Positions 50,560 to 64,000 of a DNA stretch of 64,000 nucleotides are shown here, in pieces. The stretch spans positions 4,352,001 to 4,416,000 of the forward strand of contig CBDBGH010000003.1 of the NCBI GenBank assembly GCA_965205265.1. Reading direction: 5' to 3'. The position numbers and the translations under genes are program-made. Source of the DNA: Alphaproteobacteria bacterium. Lineage in GTDB: Bacteria > Pseudomonadota > Alphaproteobacteria > Bin95. The stretch's first letter is position 1; each line of letters begins with the position of its first letter. The notes beneath the pieces were generated by a model. The model was not told where the DNA came from. It searched no databases and was given only the letters and a program-made list of their open reading frames with translations.

Positions 50560-51435
50560 ATGTCTCTTCGGGGGGATGCGCCGTTGTCGTATGAAACGCT
50601 GGCCGTCGAAGTCGAGAACGGCCTGCTTACGCTCACGCTCAACCGGCCGGAGCGGTTGAACGCCGTCAATGCCGTGATGATTGGCGAGTATCTGGCGGCG
50701 CTGGACGCGGCCGACCGCGACGACGAAGTGCGCGCGGTCATCGTCACGGGCGCCGGGCGGGGGTTCTGCGCGGGCGCGGACCTCTCCGGCGGGCCAGGCA
50801 CATTCGACCGCACCCCGCCGGAGCCGGGCGCGCGGCACCGCGACGGCGGCGGCCTCGTGGCGCTCCGCCTCTTCGACATGAAGAAGCCGGTGATCGCGGC
50901 GGTGAACGGCCCGGCCGTCGGCTTCGGCGTCACGCAGATCCTGCCGATGGACATCCGCCTCGCCTCCACCGAGGCGCGCTTCGGCTTCGTCTTCTCCCGG
51001 CGCGGCGTGGTGATGGAGGCCGCGTCCTCCTGGTTCCTGCCGCGCCTTGTGGGCATGCAGCGCGCGATGGAATGGGTCGCGACCGGCCGCGTCTTCCCGG
51101 CCGAAGAGGCGCTCGAGGGCGGGCTGGTGCGCTCGCTGCATGCGCCCGACGATCTGCTGCCGGCGGCGCGTGCGCTCGGGCGCGAGATCGCGGACAACGC
51201 CTCGCCCATGTCGGTCGCGCTCTGCCGGCAGATGATGTGGAAGATGCTGGGCGAGGCCCACCCGATGGCGGCGCACCGGATCGACTCGCTCGGCATGGCC
51301 CATACCGGCGCCTCCACGGATGCGCGCGAGGGCGTCGCTTCCTTCCTGGAGAAGCGCCCGGCCGCCTTCGCCTCCACGCCCGGCAAGGCGATGCCCGGCT
51401 TCTATCCCTGGTGGGACGAGCCCCGCTTCGGCTGA
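50560..51435 (+). CDS. Enoyl-CoA hydratase/isomerase
   Basis: LNRPERLNA, FCAGADL, KPVIAAVNGPAVG, EAASSWFLPRLVG. Confidence 0.92.
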   Translation: MSLRGDAPLSYETLAVEVENGLLTLTLNRPERLNAVNAVMIGEYLAALDAADRDDEVRAVIVTGAGRGFCAGADLSGGPGTFDRTPPEPGARHRDGGGLVALRLFDMKKPVIAAVNGPAVGFGVTQILPMDIRLASTEARFGFVFSRRGVVMEAASSWFLPRLVGMQRAMEWVATGRVFPAEEALEGGLVRSLHAPDDLLPAARALGREIADNASPMSVALCRQMMWKMLGEAHPMAAHRIDSLGMAHTGASTDAREGVASFLEKRPAAFASTPGKAMPGFYPWWDEPRFG

Positions 51436-51475
51436 GGCAACGGGTCCCGCCCCGAATCCCGCGCCGGAGAGTGTC

Positions 51476-52996
51476 ATGGCCCGCAACCTGCCCAACATCC
51501 TGCTGATCCAGGCGGACCAACTGAAACCCCAGATGCTGTCCGCATATGGAGGCCCGGCGCTGACGCCGCATCTCGACCGGCTCTCAGGGGAAGGCGCGGT
51601 TTTCGAGAACGCCTATTGCAACTTCCCGCTCTGCGCGCCCTCCCGCTTCTCCATGCTGGCCGGGATGCTGCCCTCGCGCGTGCGCGCCTTCGACAATGCC
51701 GCGGAGTTCGCCGCCGCCACGCCCACCATGGCGCATTACCTGCGGCTCGCCGGCTACCGCACCGCGCTCGCCGGCAAGCAGCATTTCGTCGGGCCGGACA
51801 TGCTGCACGGCTTCCATGAACGCCTCGTGCCGGAACTCTACCCGACCGATTTCCACTGGACGCCGGACTGGGACGAGACCCGCATGGAGTCGAACAACGA
51901 TTCGAGCGGCGTCATCCGCTCCGGCATCTGCGCGCAGAGCATGCAGATGGACCATGACGAGGCAGTCCTTGCCCGGTCGGCCGCATGGCTGCGGGACCGT
52001 TCGCGCCAACGGGACGGACAGCCCTTCTTCCTCGCGGTCTCCTTCACCCACCCCCATGAGCCTTATTTCGCCAAGCGCGAGCACTGGGCGCGCTACCGCC
52101 ACGAGGACATCCCGATGCCCGCGACGCCGCTCCCGCCGGAGCCGGAGCGCGACCTCCACAGCCGGCGTATGCTCGCCCATCACGGCCTGCTGGAAGGGGA
52201 CATTACGGACGCGCATGTGCGGACCGCCCGCCACGCCTATCTCGCCAATTGCTCCTGGCTCGACGACATGGTGGGGACGCTGCTGGCGGTGCTGGAGGCG
52301 GCGGGCTTCGCGAACGATACCGCGGTCCTGTTCACCTCCGACCACGGCGACATGCTCGGCGAGCGGGGCCTCTGGTTCAAGAAGCACTTTTTCGACCACG
52401 CGGCGCGGGTGCCGCTCATTCTGCACGCACCCGGCCGGTTCGCCGCCGCCCGCCGGTCCGAACCCGTCTCGCTGGTGGACCTGCTGCCGACGCTTTGCGG
52501 CCTCGCGGGCTTCGACCTTGCGGACCGCGCGCCCCGCCCGCCCGACGGCGCGAGCCTGCTGCCGCTTTGCGAAGATGCGGCCGCTGCCTGGAACCGGCCG
52601 GTGTTTGCGGAGATGACCTCCGAGGGCGTGCCCTCGCCGATGTTCATGGTCCGCAACGGGCGCTTCAAGCTCATGACCGGCGGCGGGGCACCCGACCTGC
52701 TCTTCGACCTCGAAGCCGACCCGGAAGAGCGGCGCGACCTCGCCGCCGACCCGGGCAGCGCCGATGCCCTCGCCGCGCTCCGCCTTCTTGCGGAAGAAAC
52801 CTGGGACGCGGCCGCGCTGGAGCATGAAATCCGCGCGAGCCAGCGTGAGCGCCGGCTCGTCCAGGCCGCGCATGGAAACGGCCCCGCGCCGCTCTGGGAC
52901 GCGCTCGAATCGGACCCCGTGCGGGCGTCCTGCCTCCGCGCGCCCGACGACTACAACGACTGGGCCTGGCGCGGAATCGAGCCCTCTGCTCCGTGA
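51476..52996 (+). CDS. betC: Choline-sulfatase
   Basis: ADQ, PLCAPSR, GKQHFVGPD.LHGF, YPTDF.WTPDW, SDHGDMLGERGLW.K. Confidence 0.8.
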   Translation: MARNLPNILLIQADQLKPQMLSAYGGPALTPHLDRLSGEGAVFENAYCNFPLCAPSRFSMLAGMLPSRVRAFDNAAEFAAATPTMAHYLRLAGYRTALAGKQHFVGPDMLHGFHERLVPELYPTDFHWTPDWDETRMESNNDSSGVIRSGICAQSMQMDHDEAVLARSAAWLRDRSRQRDGQPFFLAVSFTHPHEPYFAKREHWARYRHEDIPMPATPLPPEPERDLHSRRMLAHHGLLEGDITDAHVRTARHAYLANCSWLDDMVGTLLAVLEAAGFANDTAVLFTSDHGDMLGERGLWFKKHFFDHAARVPLILHAPGRFAAARRSEPVSLVDLLPTLCGLAGFDLADRAPRPPDGASLLPLCEDAAAAWNRPVFAEMTSEGVPSPMFMVRNGRFKLMTGGGAPDLLFDLEADPEERRDLAADPGSADALAALRLLAEETWDAAALEHEIRASQRERRLVQAAHGNGPAPLWDALESDPVRASCLRAPDDYNDWAWRGIEPSAP

Positions 52997-53087
52997 GCCT
53001 GCCGGCGCCTTCGCACAAGGTCGCCCTGCATGCAGTTTGTTGATTTGTTCCTCATTCGTGGTACATTGGGGACAGTGGGAGACTGCC

Positions 53088-53345
53088 ATGACGAAGACAG
53101 CCACGATTCGGGCCCGTGTAGAACCGGCGCTCAAGGAAGAGGCGGAAACGGTGTTTTCGCAATTGGGGCTTTCGGCAACCCAGGCGATCAGGCTGTTCTA
53201 CAGGCAGGTCACCCTGCAGCACGGGCTGCCCTTCGAGGTGAAAGTCCCCAATGCCGAGACGCGCGAGGCCCTTCGTCAAGCCGTTGAGCGCGAAGACCTT
53301 ACCGAATACGAAAGTCTGGACGCACTCAAGGCCGCACATCGCTGA
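53088..53345 (+). CDS. dinJ: DinJ/RelB antitoxin
   Basis: IRARVEPALKEEAE..LGLSATQAIRLFY..GLPFEVKVPN. Confidence 0.9.
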   Translation: MTKTATIRARVEPALKEEAETVFSQLGLSATQAIRLFYRQVTLQHGLPFEVKVPNAETREALRQAVEREDLTEYESLDALKAAHR

Positions 53346-53348
53346 AAC

Positions 53349-53615
53349 ATGCGGCTGCTCACGACGAAGCGGTTCGAGAGAGAAATCCGACGCTGTCGCC
53401 GACGCGGCAAGGACCTTGGGAAATTATGGTCCGTCGTGGACCGGCTTCTGTCCAGAGAGCCGCTGGAGCGGCGCCATCGCGCGCACCGCCTGTCCGGTGA
53501 ATGGTCCCGGTCCTGGGAATGCCACCTGGAACCCGACTGGCTCCTGGTCTGGCATGTCGATGACGACGCCCTCATCCTGACGCGGACCGGAACGCATTCG
53601 GACCTGTTCGGATGA
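53349..53615 (+). CDS. yafQ: YafQ mRNA interferase toxin
   Basis: HRLSGEW..ECHLEPDWLLV..RTGTHSDLF. Confidence 0.92.
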   Translation: MRLLTTKRFEREIRRCRRRGKDLGKLWSVVDRLLSREPLERRHRAHRLSGEWSRSWECHLEPDWLLVWHVDDDALILTRTGTHSDLFG

Positions 53616-53650
53616 CGAAACTGCCGGATTCGCGCGTTCGTCGCCGACCG

Positions 53651-54496
53651 CTATGCCTCCGCGAATTCGAGCGGCACGCCGCAGGCGTCTTCCGGCGCGA
53701 CGCGAACCCAGCCGGTACTACCACCCGCAGGAGAAATACCGCCCTCGCCCAGTGCGCGCAGAACAGGCTCGATCGAAGGCACTTCGATCCTGAGGCCCAG
53801 ATAGAAGGGCCGCGCGGGCAGCGGGTCCGGCAGCGGCCCGTAGGGGCCGGCGCTTTCCGCCGCGTCTGCCGGCCTCGCCAGATAGACATGGCCCCGCCCG
53901 ACATCCAGTTTGCCGCCGGCCGCCGGCCGCCCCAGCAGCCGCGCCCAAGGCCCGGCCACCGCCTCGACATCGTTCACGACGGCAGCGGCGGCCACGAGGT
54001 TCTGCGCGCCGTTGGCGTGGTCCATCGAGCCCGGTGGGCGCATCAGTTCCGGCGTCTTGTGCCCGCAGAGAAAGGTGCCGAGGCCGCCCGTCTCCCCCTC
54101 CGGGATCTGGAGGTTGCGGAAGCGCACGATGGCGTCGGGCCGGTCGGTCAGCGGGCGCGCGAGATCGTCCGGCCCGGTCGGGGAGAAGCCTTGCGCCTCG
54201 ATGTCGGCGCGGGCGGCGTCGGCGTCCGGTGTGCCGAGCGCGATCTTCACAAGCCCTTCGCCGCGCGTGTCGAGGAATGCGCCGAGCCCCAGAGTGTCGA
54301 GATGTTCGGGCTCGTTGATGCCGAGCAGCTCCAGATAGCTGTCGGCGAACATGATGCAGTGGTTCGCCGTCGCCTTGCCGACATGGTTGCCGAGCGGAGC
54401 GGCGGTGAAGCCGAGACGCTCGAACTGTGCGCGCGCCGCGTCGAGGTCGCGGACGCCGATAATGGCATGGTCGATCCCCCGGATTGCATCGGTCAT
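53651..54496 (-). CDS. VOC/glyoxalase-like protein
   Basis: IDHAIIGVRDL..LGF..TANHCIMF..YLELL. Confidence 0.85.
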   Translation of the reverse strand: MTDAIRGIDHAIIGVRDLDAARAQFERLGFTAAPLGNHVGKATANHCIMFADSYLELLGINEPEHLDTLGLGAFLDTRGEGLVKIALGTPDADAARADIEAQGFSPTGPDDLARPLTDRPDAIVRFRNLQIPEGETGGLGTFLCGHKTPELMRPPGSMDHANGAQNLVAAAAVVNDVEAVAGPWARLLGRPAAGGKLDVGRGHVYLARPADAAESAGPYGPLPDPLPARPFYLGLRIEVPSIEPVLRALGEGGISPAGGSTGWVRVAPEDACGVPLEFAEA

Positions 54497-54585
54497 GGGG
54501 TCTGGCCTCCTGTTTCCGTCCGTGCAGCCTGAATCCGGGACGAGCTTAGCGCAGGAGCCGGCCCGGTTTAATCGCCGGGCGGTCG

Positions 54586-54995
54586 TCAGCCGAGCAGCGG
54601 GTTGCGCGCGGCGAGGCCGGGAAAGCGGCCGAAATCGCGGTCGGCGGTCCAGAATTCCGTCACGCCATGCGCGATGCAGAGCGCGGCCACCCGCGCATCG
54701 TGGACCATCGGCCCCCGGATGCGCCCGGCGAGAAGCTGCTCCTTCAACACCGTCCAGTGCGCCCCGGTTTCGGCCAGCAGTTCCGCGACCGGGGATTCGA
54801 GCCAGGTATCCACCTGCTCCAGGGCTTCCGCCATCGAGGACGGCGGGTCGTAGATGTTCGGATGGCTCGCAATGGCAATGAATTCGTGGATGCACGGCCA
54901 GGGCAGCCCCCAGCGCACGCGTCCCTCGGCCAGTTCCCTTACGTGGAACCGGGCCGGCTCGTGCCATTCCGAATCGGCCCGGTGAGCGTAAACTA
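54586..54995 (-). pseudogene. vapC: VapC PIN toxin, 3' part
   Basis: VYAHRADS..IHEF..VHDARVAAL..TADRDF; joins 62261-62285 to give 144 aa. Confidence 0.9.
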
Positions 54996-56173
54996 GTATC
55001 CTGATCGAGAAGTTTATTAGAATAAGATTATCGGTTTTGATGGAGGGCTGACCGGTGGGGAGAGCAGCGGTCGCGATTACTTTGTCGGCAGCAGAACGAC
55101 GAGAGTTGGAGGGTTTGACGCGGCGTCGGAAGACGGCGCAGGGACTGGCGCGTCGGGCTCGGATTGTCCTGGCTGCTGCTGAGGGTCTGGAGAACAAGGC
55201 GATAGTTGCGCGCTTGGGAGCGGATGCGAATACGGTCGGCAAATGGCGGCGGCGTTTTGCCGAGCGCGGGCTTGACGGGCTCTATGACGAGCCGCGCCCG
55301 GGCGCTCCGCGCAAGATCGGTGACGAGGAGGTTGCGGAGGTCATTGCCCGCACCCTGGAAGAAACACCCCCCGACGGCACGCATTGGAGCCTGCGCTCGA
55401 TGGCGCGCGCTGCAGGCTATGCGCCCTCGACGATCCATCGCATCTGGCAGGCTTTCGGCCTGCAGCCGCATCGCTCGGAGACGTTCAAGCTGTCGTCGGA
55501 CCCACTGTTTGTGGAGAAGGTGCGGGACATTGTCGGCCTCTATCTCGACCCGCCCGAGCGCGCGCTGGTGCTCTGCGTCGATGAGAAGAGCCAGATCCAA
55601 GCTCTGGACCGCTCCCGCCCGCTGCTTCCCATGCGGCCGGGTCAGGTCGAGCGGCGTACTCATGACTACACGCGCCATGGCACCACCACGCTGTTCGCGG
55701 CGCTGGACATCGCCACCGGCCGGGTCATCGGCCAGTGCTTGCCGCGCCACCGCAGCCGGGAGTTCCTCAAGTTCCTGCGCACGCTCGAAGCCCAGGTCCC
55801 CGGCGAGCTCGACGTCCATCTGGTGATGGACAACTACGCAACCCACAAGACGCCCGCCGTCCGGCGTTGGCTGGCCCGGCATCCCCGCTGGCATGTCCAC
55901 TTCACGCCCACCGGCGCCTCCTGGCTCAACCAGGTCGAGCGCTTCTTCGCACTCTTGACCGAGAAACAGCTCAGGCGCGGGGTTCATCGCTCGCCCCAGG
56001 AACTCGAGCAGGCCATCCGGAACTACATCGACACCGTCAACGCCGACCCGCGACCCTTCCGCTGGACCAAATCCGCCGACGACATCCTTGCCACCATCAA
56101 GCGCTTCTGTCTGCGGACGCTGGAAACTGCCGAACGCCAGATGAAAATCATCAAAACTTCAGAATCAGGACAC
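54996..56173 (+). mobile_element. IS630 element A1 (intact)
   Basis: IRs GTATCCTGAT../GTGTCCTGAT..; flanked by TA. Confidence 0.92.
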
Positions 56174-56176
56174 TAG
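55055..56176 (+). CDS. IS630 transposase
   Basis: [26 protein letters not shown]; stop TAG supplied by the target site. Confidence 0.94.
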   Translation: MGRAAVAITLSAAERRELEGLTRRRKTAQGLARRARIVLAAAEGLENKAIVARLGADANTVGKWRRRFAERGLDGLYDEPRPGAPRKIGDEEVAEVIARTLEETPPDGTHWSLRSMARAAGYAPSTIHRIWQAFGLQPHRSETFKLSSDPLFVEKVRDIVGLYLDPPERALVLCVDEKSQIQALDRSRPLLPMRPGQVERRTHDYTRHGTTTLFAALDIATGRVIGQCLPRHRSREFLKFLRTLEAQVPGELDVHLVMDNYATHKTPAVRRWLARHPRWHVHFTPTGASWLNQVERFFALLTEKQLRRGVHRSPQELEQAIRNYIDTVNADPRPFRWTKSADDILATIKRFCLRTLETAERQMKIIKTSESGH

Positions 56177-57227
56177 AGCGGAATCCGATCATGTTGCGGA
56201 GTATCCTGCGGCGTTGAAGTAGTTTTTGCATTCTTGCGGTGAGAAGGTCTGGGAGATTTGTCCGATGGTGTTCCAGAGGCTGTCGACAGTTCTCTCGGCA
56301 GCTTTTCGTAGCCTTGCCTTGAGCTTTGCGAAGGCGAGTTCGATGGGATTGAAGTCAGGGCTGTAGGGCGGCAGGAAGAGGAGTTGCGCGCCGGCGTTTT
56401 CGATCATCTTGCAAACCCTGGGTCCCTTGTGGCTTGAGAGGTTGTCCATGACGACGATATCGCCGGGCCTCAGTTCGGGGACGAGGACCACTTTGACGTA
56501 GGCCTCGAAGGCATCGCGGTCGATGGCGCCGGAGAGCACGAAGGGGGCAATCATGCCGCGCGGCGTGAGCCCGGCGACGAAGGTGGTTGTGTTCCAGTGT
56601 CCGTGAGGGACGGCCATGCGCAGACGTTTGCCGCGCGGGGCCCAGCCGTGGGTGCGGGCCATGTTGGTCTTGGCCCCTGTCTCATCGATGAACACCAGCC
56701 GGTCGGGGTCGAGGCCGGGCTGGCTGTCGCGCCAGGTGCGCCGTCGGCTCAGCACGTCCGGGCGATCCTGCTCCGCCGCCTGGCCGGTCTTTTTTTGCGC
56801 GTGATGGCGTGGCGCACGAGGAAGCGCTGTATCGCCCCGTAGCTGAAGGCGAGGCCCCGGTCCCCGAGAGCCGCGCGCAACTCCTCGATGGTCATGTCCC
56901 GCTTCTCCTCAAGAAGACCCAGGATCACATCGCGCTGCGCTTCGATCCGCCCCGAGCGACGGTCCCCGCCAAGCGCCTTCGGGCGCGCGTCTCCCTGTTC
57001 GCGCGCCAGCGCACGCCAGCGGCTCACGCTCGCCGCACTCACCCCAAAACGCGCACCGGCCGCTCTATGGCTCATGCCCGCACATACCGCCGACAGAACC
57101 CGATTACGAAGATCAAGGGAAAGCGCTTTCGGCATCTCAGCCGGCCTCCTCATCCCGGCCGACATCTTGAATCACAAATCCTCCGCCCCGTGAATCCCCC
57201 TCGATTCAATCAGGTCAGATCATGCTC
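56176..57227 (-). mobile_element. IS630 element B (1052 bp; orfA from 57135, orfB to 56189, frameshift type)
   Basis: SLDLR..GVSAASV; A7G slippery site near 56790; [24 protein letters not shown]; TA flanks. Confidence 0.92.
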
Positions 57228-58254
57228 TAGTGTCCTGATTCTGAAGTTTTGATGATTTTCATCTGGCGTTCGGCAGTTTCCAGCGTCCGCAGACAGAAGC
57301 GCTTGATGGTGGCAAGGATGTCGTCGGCGGATTTGGTCCAGCGGAAGGGTCGCGGGTCGGCGTTGACGGTGTCGATGTAGTTCCGGATGGCCTGCTCGAG
57401 TTCCTGGGGCGAGCGATGAACCCCGCGCCTGAGCTGTTTCTCGGTCAAGAGTGCGAAGAAGCGCTCGACCTGGTTGAGCCAGGAGGCGCCGGTGGGCGTG
57501 AAGTGGACATGCCAGCGGGGATGCCGGGCCAGCCAACGCCGGACGGCGGGCGTCTTGTGGGTTGCGTAGTTGTCCATCACCAGATGGACGTCGAGTTCGC
57601 CGGGGACCTGGGCTTCGAGCGTGCGCAGGAACTTGAGGAACTCCCGGCTGCGGTGGCGCGGCAAGCACTGGCCGATGACCCGGCCGGTGGCGATGTCCAG
57701 CGCCGCGAACAGCGTGGTGGTGCCATGGCGCGTGTAGTCATGAGTACGCCGCTCGACCTGACCCGGCCGCATGGGAAGCAGCGGGCGGGAGCGGTCCAGA
57801 GCTTGGATCTGGCTCTTCTCATCGACGCAGAGCACCAGCGCGCGCTCGGGCGGGTCGAGATAGAGGCCGACAATGTCCCGCACCTTCTCCACAAACAGTG
57901 GGTCCGACGACAGCTTGAACGTCTCCGAGCGATGCGGCTGCAGGCCGAAAGCCTGCCAGATGCGATGGATCGTCGAGGGCGCATAGCCTGCAGTATAGCG
58001 CGACAATCTGGGTGAGAGCCGCGCGTCAATCAGGATGAGATTCCCCGGCGGCATCGGCGAGTTGATGATTGTCGCGCGGGGCGCGGATTGCAAGCGGTTT
58101 CGGATTTTGATTGTCGCGGCGCGACAAACAAGGTTTTCGGAGAGCGTTTTGATTGTCGCGGGGGGGCCGTCGGGTCGGAGAAGAGACGGCCCGCGGAGGC
58201 GATTCCCGCGGGCCGTGAGTGTTGTGGCCGCTGGGCCGATCTGGCGGCAGCGGT

Positions 58255-60602
<2,348 letters not shown>

Positions 60603-61206
60603 CTACTCGGAAAAACGTCACCGTTCGCCCAGCCGACCGACCCCGCCAGAAGGTCCAGGAAAAATTTTTTGAGGCGGCGGCCCGGAACTCCGGTCGGGCT
60701 ACGCCCTCCCTCCGTTCCGGGCCGCCGCCTTCCCCCGTCTCATCCTGATTGTCGCCAGCGTCTCAAGCTGATTGTCGCGCCGCACTGCAGCGCGCGCCAT
60801 CGAGCGCAGGCTCCAATGCGTGCCGTCGGGGGGTGTTTCTTCCAGGGTGCGGGCAATGACCTCCGCAACCTCCTCGTCACCGATCTTGCGCGGAGCGCCC
60901 GGGCGCGGCTCGTCATAGAGCCCGTCAAGCCCGCGCTCGGCAAAACGCCGCCGCCATTTGCCGACCGTATTCGCATCCGCTCCCAAGCGCGCAACTATCG
61001 CCTTGTTCTCCAGACCCTCAGCAGCAGCCAGGACAATCCGAGCCCGACGCGCCAGTCCCTGCGCCGTCTTCCGACGCCGCGCCAAACCCTCCAACTCTCG
61101 TCGTTCTGCTGCCGACAAAGTAATCGCGACCGCTGCTCTCCCCACCGGTCAGCCCTCCATCAAAACCGATAATCTTATTCTAATAAACTTCTCGATCAGG
61201 ATACTA

Positions 61207-62258
61207 GAGCAGATTCGTTTCATTTGGGTTCATATCCGCATGCAGTGAAGAAGCTTCGGGCGTCCTGTGGAGTGACAGCATCGATGGCGTCGCGGATCGC
61301 ATCCCAGAGCGTATGGACGGAGCGTGCTGCGGCCTTTTTCAGGAGAGCCTTGATTTTGGAGAAGGCCATCTCGATGGGGTTGAAGTCGGGGCTGTAGGGC
61401 GGCAGGAACAGGATGCCGGCGCCTGTGGCCTCGATAGCTTCTCGGATGGCGATGGGCTTGTGGGCCGGCAGATTGTCGAGGATGACGGTGTCGCTTGGCC
61501 TCAGGGTCGGGGCCAGGACCTGTTCGACATAGGCAAGGAAGGCTGCCCCGGTCATCGCCCCATCGATGGTCATGGGGGCGAGGATGCCGTCGAGCGTGAG
61601 GCCGGCGACCAAAGTGGTGGTCTTCCAGTGACCATGGGGGACGGGAGCGCGGCAACGCTCGCCCCTGGGAGCCCGGCCATACATGCGGGCCATCTTGGTC
61701 GAGGTCCCGCTTTCGTCGATGAAGATCAGGCGCTCGGGGTCGAGCCCGGGCTGGTCTTCGAACCAGGCCTGACGCCGGCGTGCGACGTCCGGTCGGTCCT
61801 GCTCGGCAGCATGGGCCGTCTTTTTTTGCGCGTGATGCCGCGACGCTTGAAGAACCCATGCACCACGCTGGGCGGCGGCCGGTAGCCGACCGCCTCCTCA
61901 AGCCTGGCCGCGATCTCCTGGAGGGTCAGGTCGGGCTCCACCTCAACCCACCCCATGATCAGATCGCCGTGACCCTCAATGCGCCCTGGACGGCTACCGC
62001 CGCGTGGCTTCGGCGAGAGGTCGCCTGTCAGGCGCGATTGGCTCACCCAGCGGATCGCAGACGACACCCCGACGCCAAAACGCGCCGCAGCCTGCCGACG
62101 CGACATCCCGGACTCAACCGCTGCAACCACGCGCCGACGAAGATCAACAGAAAGAGACTGCGCCATGCGAGCTGGCCTCCTTCACCAGCCCCCATCGTGA
62201 ATCACATAATCCGCCAATTGGGAATCCCTCAACGATTCAATCGCCCGCGAATTCGCTC
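61207..62258 (-). mobile_element. IS630 element C (1052 bp; orfA from 62166, orfB to 61220, frameshift type)
   Basis: SVDLRRRVV, A7G near 61820, [24 protein letters not shown]; TA flanks. Confidence 0.92.
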
Positions 62259-62260
62259 TA

Positions 62261-62285
62261 GAATGTTGGTGTCGACGGCGATCAA
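62261..62285 (-). pseudogene. vapC: VapC 5' fragment (MIAVDTNI)
   Basis: TTG start overlapping the vapB stop; PIN DTN motif. Confidence 0.85.
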
Positions 62286-62527
62286 CTGCCCCGCCCGTCA
62301 TAGGCGGCATCGCGGACGCGTTCCCAGCCCGCATCCCGGAACGCCGCCTGCAACCCCCTGCCGCTGACGCTTGCGTCCCGCAGCGCGAACGGCCGGGGCT
62401 CCTGCCCGGCGCGCAACACTTCGCGCAATCCGCGTTCGACCACTGAACGGAAGGTCGCGCCTTCCCGAGCCATATACGCCCTCACCTCTTCGGCGAGGCC
62501 GTCGGAAATTTCCACCGTAGTCTTCAT
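62282..62527 (-). CDS. vapB: VapB-type antitoxin
   Basis: MKTTVEISDGL..TFRSVVERGLR; coupled to vapC. Confidence 0.87.
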   Translation of the reverse strand: MKTTVEISDGLAEEVRAYMAREGATFRSVVERGLREVLRAGQEPRPFALRDASVSGRGLQAAFRDAGWERVRDAAYDGRGS

Positions 62528-62609
62528 ACCGTAGCTCCGCAGTCATGAATATGGGTTCCCATACAACATGGTGCGGATGGATGGCGTCAAGTATGCCGTT
62601 TCGCCGCCC

Positions 62610-64000
62610 TCAAGGCCGCATGCGGAAGTAGCTGGGGCCTGTTTCCCGAAGCGGGGCGGAGAGGTTGGCGAATTCGCAGAGCAGCGGGCGGGTGTTGCGC
62701 GGGTCCACGATCTCCTCGATCCAGAAGGTCTCCGCCGAGCGGAAGGGCGAGCGCAGCTTCTCCAGCCGCTCCTCGATCTCGGCGAGCCTGGCGTCCGGGT
62801 CCTCGGCCTCGTCGAGGTCCGCCCGGTAGGCCGCCTCGATGCCGCCTTCCAGCGGCAGCGAACCCCAGAAGCCCGAGGGCCAGGCATAGCGGTAGGAGAG
62901 CCGCCCGCCGTTCTGGTGCGCCGCGCCCGCCACGCCGAAGACATTGCGCAGGATCACCGCGCACCAGGGGATGGTGGTCTGCCAGATCGCCGACATCGCC
63001 TCGACGCCGTAGCGGATCGTCGCCTCGCGCTCGGACTTCGAGCCGATCAGGAAGCCCGGGCAATCGACCAGATAGACCATCGGCAGGTGGAAGGTCTGGG
63101 CGAGATCGACGAAGCGGCGCACCTTGCGGCAGGCGTCCGCCGTCCAGCCGCCGCCGAAGAAATAGGGGTCCGACGCCATCACCGCCACGGGCCAGCCGTC
63201 GAGCCGCGCGAAGCCGGTGGCGACCGACCGGCCCCATTCCCGCCCGAACTCGAAGAAGCTGCCCCGGTCCACCACCGCCTCGACGATGGGGCGCACGCGA
63301 TAGACCTTGCGCCGGTCGCGCGGCACGGCCTCCAGCAGCCAGTCCTCGCGCCTTTCGGGGTCGTCGGTCTGCGGGCCCTGCTCGGCGAGGCTGTCGATGG
63401 AGGAGGGCAGGTAGGAGAGGAACCGGCGCGCGAGGTCGAAGGCGTGCTCCTCGCTGTCGGCCGCATAGTCGATGGCGCCGTTGCGCGCATGGATCTTCCA
63501 GCCGCCGAGCTCCTGCTTGTCGAGCTTCTCGCCGAGGCGCTCGACCACGGGCGGGCCGGCGACGAACAGCGCCGCCTGCTTCTTGACCAGCACGGAGAAA
63601 TGCGCCGCCGCCAGATGTGCCGCGCCAAGCCCCGCCACGGAGCCCAGGCCCAGCGCCACGCGCGGCACGGTCCCCATGTTCTCGACCACCCATTCCCAGC
63701 CCTTGACGCCGGGCACGTTCGAGCGGCCCTCGGTCTCGATGGTCTTGACCGAGCCGCCGCCGCCCGAGCCCTCCACCATGCGCACCAGCGGCAGGCGAAG
63801 CTGGTTCGCCATCTGCTCGCACATGATGTGCTTTTCCTTGATGGTGGCGTCGGCCGAGCCGCCGCGCACGGTGAAGTCGTCGCCGCCGACGACAACCGGC
63901 CGCCCGTCGAGGCGCGCGCGGCCGAAGACGAAGTTGGACGGCAGCAGGTGTTCGAGGTCGTTGCGGCCGTCATAGCTTGCCAGCCCCGCAATCGCGCCGA
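62610..64000 (-). CDS. Acyl-CoA carboxylase carboxyltransferase subunit (5' end outside window)
   Basis: DDFTVRGGS, LFVAGPPVV, VDCPGF, IVDPRNTR. Confidence 0.92.
   Translation of the reverse strand, partial: GAIAGLASYDGRNDLEHLLPSNFVFGRARLDGRPVVVGGDDFTVRGGSADATIKEKHIMCEQMANQLRLPLVRMVEGSGGGGSVKTIETEGRSNVPGVKGWEWVVENMGTVPRVALGLGSVAGLGAAHLAAAHFSVLVKKQAALFVAGPPVVERLGEKLDKQELGGWKIHARNGAIDYAADSEEHAFDLARRFLSYLPSSIDSLAEQGPQTDDPERREDWLLEAVPRDRRKVYRVRPIVEAVVDRGSFFEFGREWGRSVATGFARLDGWPVAVMASDPYFFGGGWTADACRKVRRFVDLAQTFHLPMVYLVDCPGFLIGSKSEREATIRYGVEAMSAIWQTTIPWCAVILRNVFGVAGAAHQNGGRLSYRYAWPSGFWGSLPLEGGIEAAYRADLDEAEDPDARLAEIEERLEKLRSPFRSAETFWIEEIVDPRNTRPLLCEFANLSAPLRETGPSYFRMRP

Overview
This is a GC-rich window with alphaproteobacterial-type gene content (inferred from ftsK-lolA, zur-znuABC and the intergenic palindromic repeats). 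It has three parts. (1) 1-~23450 is the right part of a mobilizable island: an IS1634 end truncating an SPFH gene, a coiled-coil membrane protein, a 1745-aa MOBF relaxase-helicase, and a nested IS5 > IS66 > 2.59-kb serine-integrase element. A second IS66, a 1358-aa HigA-HTH fusion (defence candidate) and three tandem RHH/MobC-like genes follow, ending at a palindrome over the cbiD stop. (2) ~23450-54500 holds chromosomal and catabolic genes: cbiD, duplicated EamA genes behind a riboswitch-like leader, ftsK, lolA, TA loci, a GS-like/Rieske oxygenase cluster, fhs, znu/zur, amidohydrolases, a 5'-truncated acetylene-hydratase-like enzyme and betC. (3) At 54586-62527 a vapBC locus has its toxin gene split by four IS630 elements stacked at one CTAG, one of them carrying an IS21. 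The most striking observation is the serine-integrase element. It sits in the conserved GIALGRK codons of IS66 tnpC, and its first gene gains a Shine-Dalgarno and ATG only when attP is re-formed by excision. No rRNA, tRNA or CRISPR array was seen. All family calls are from motif recognition by eye, without database searches.
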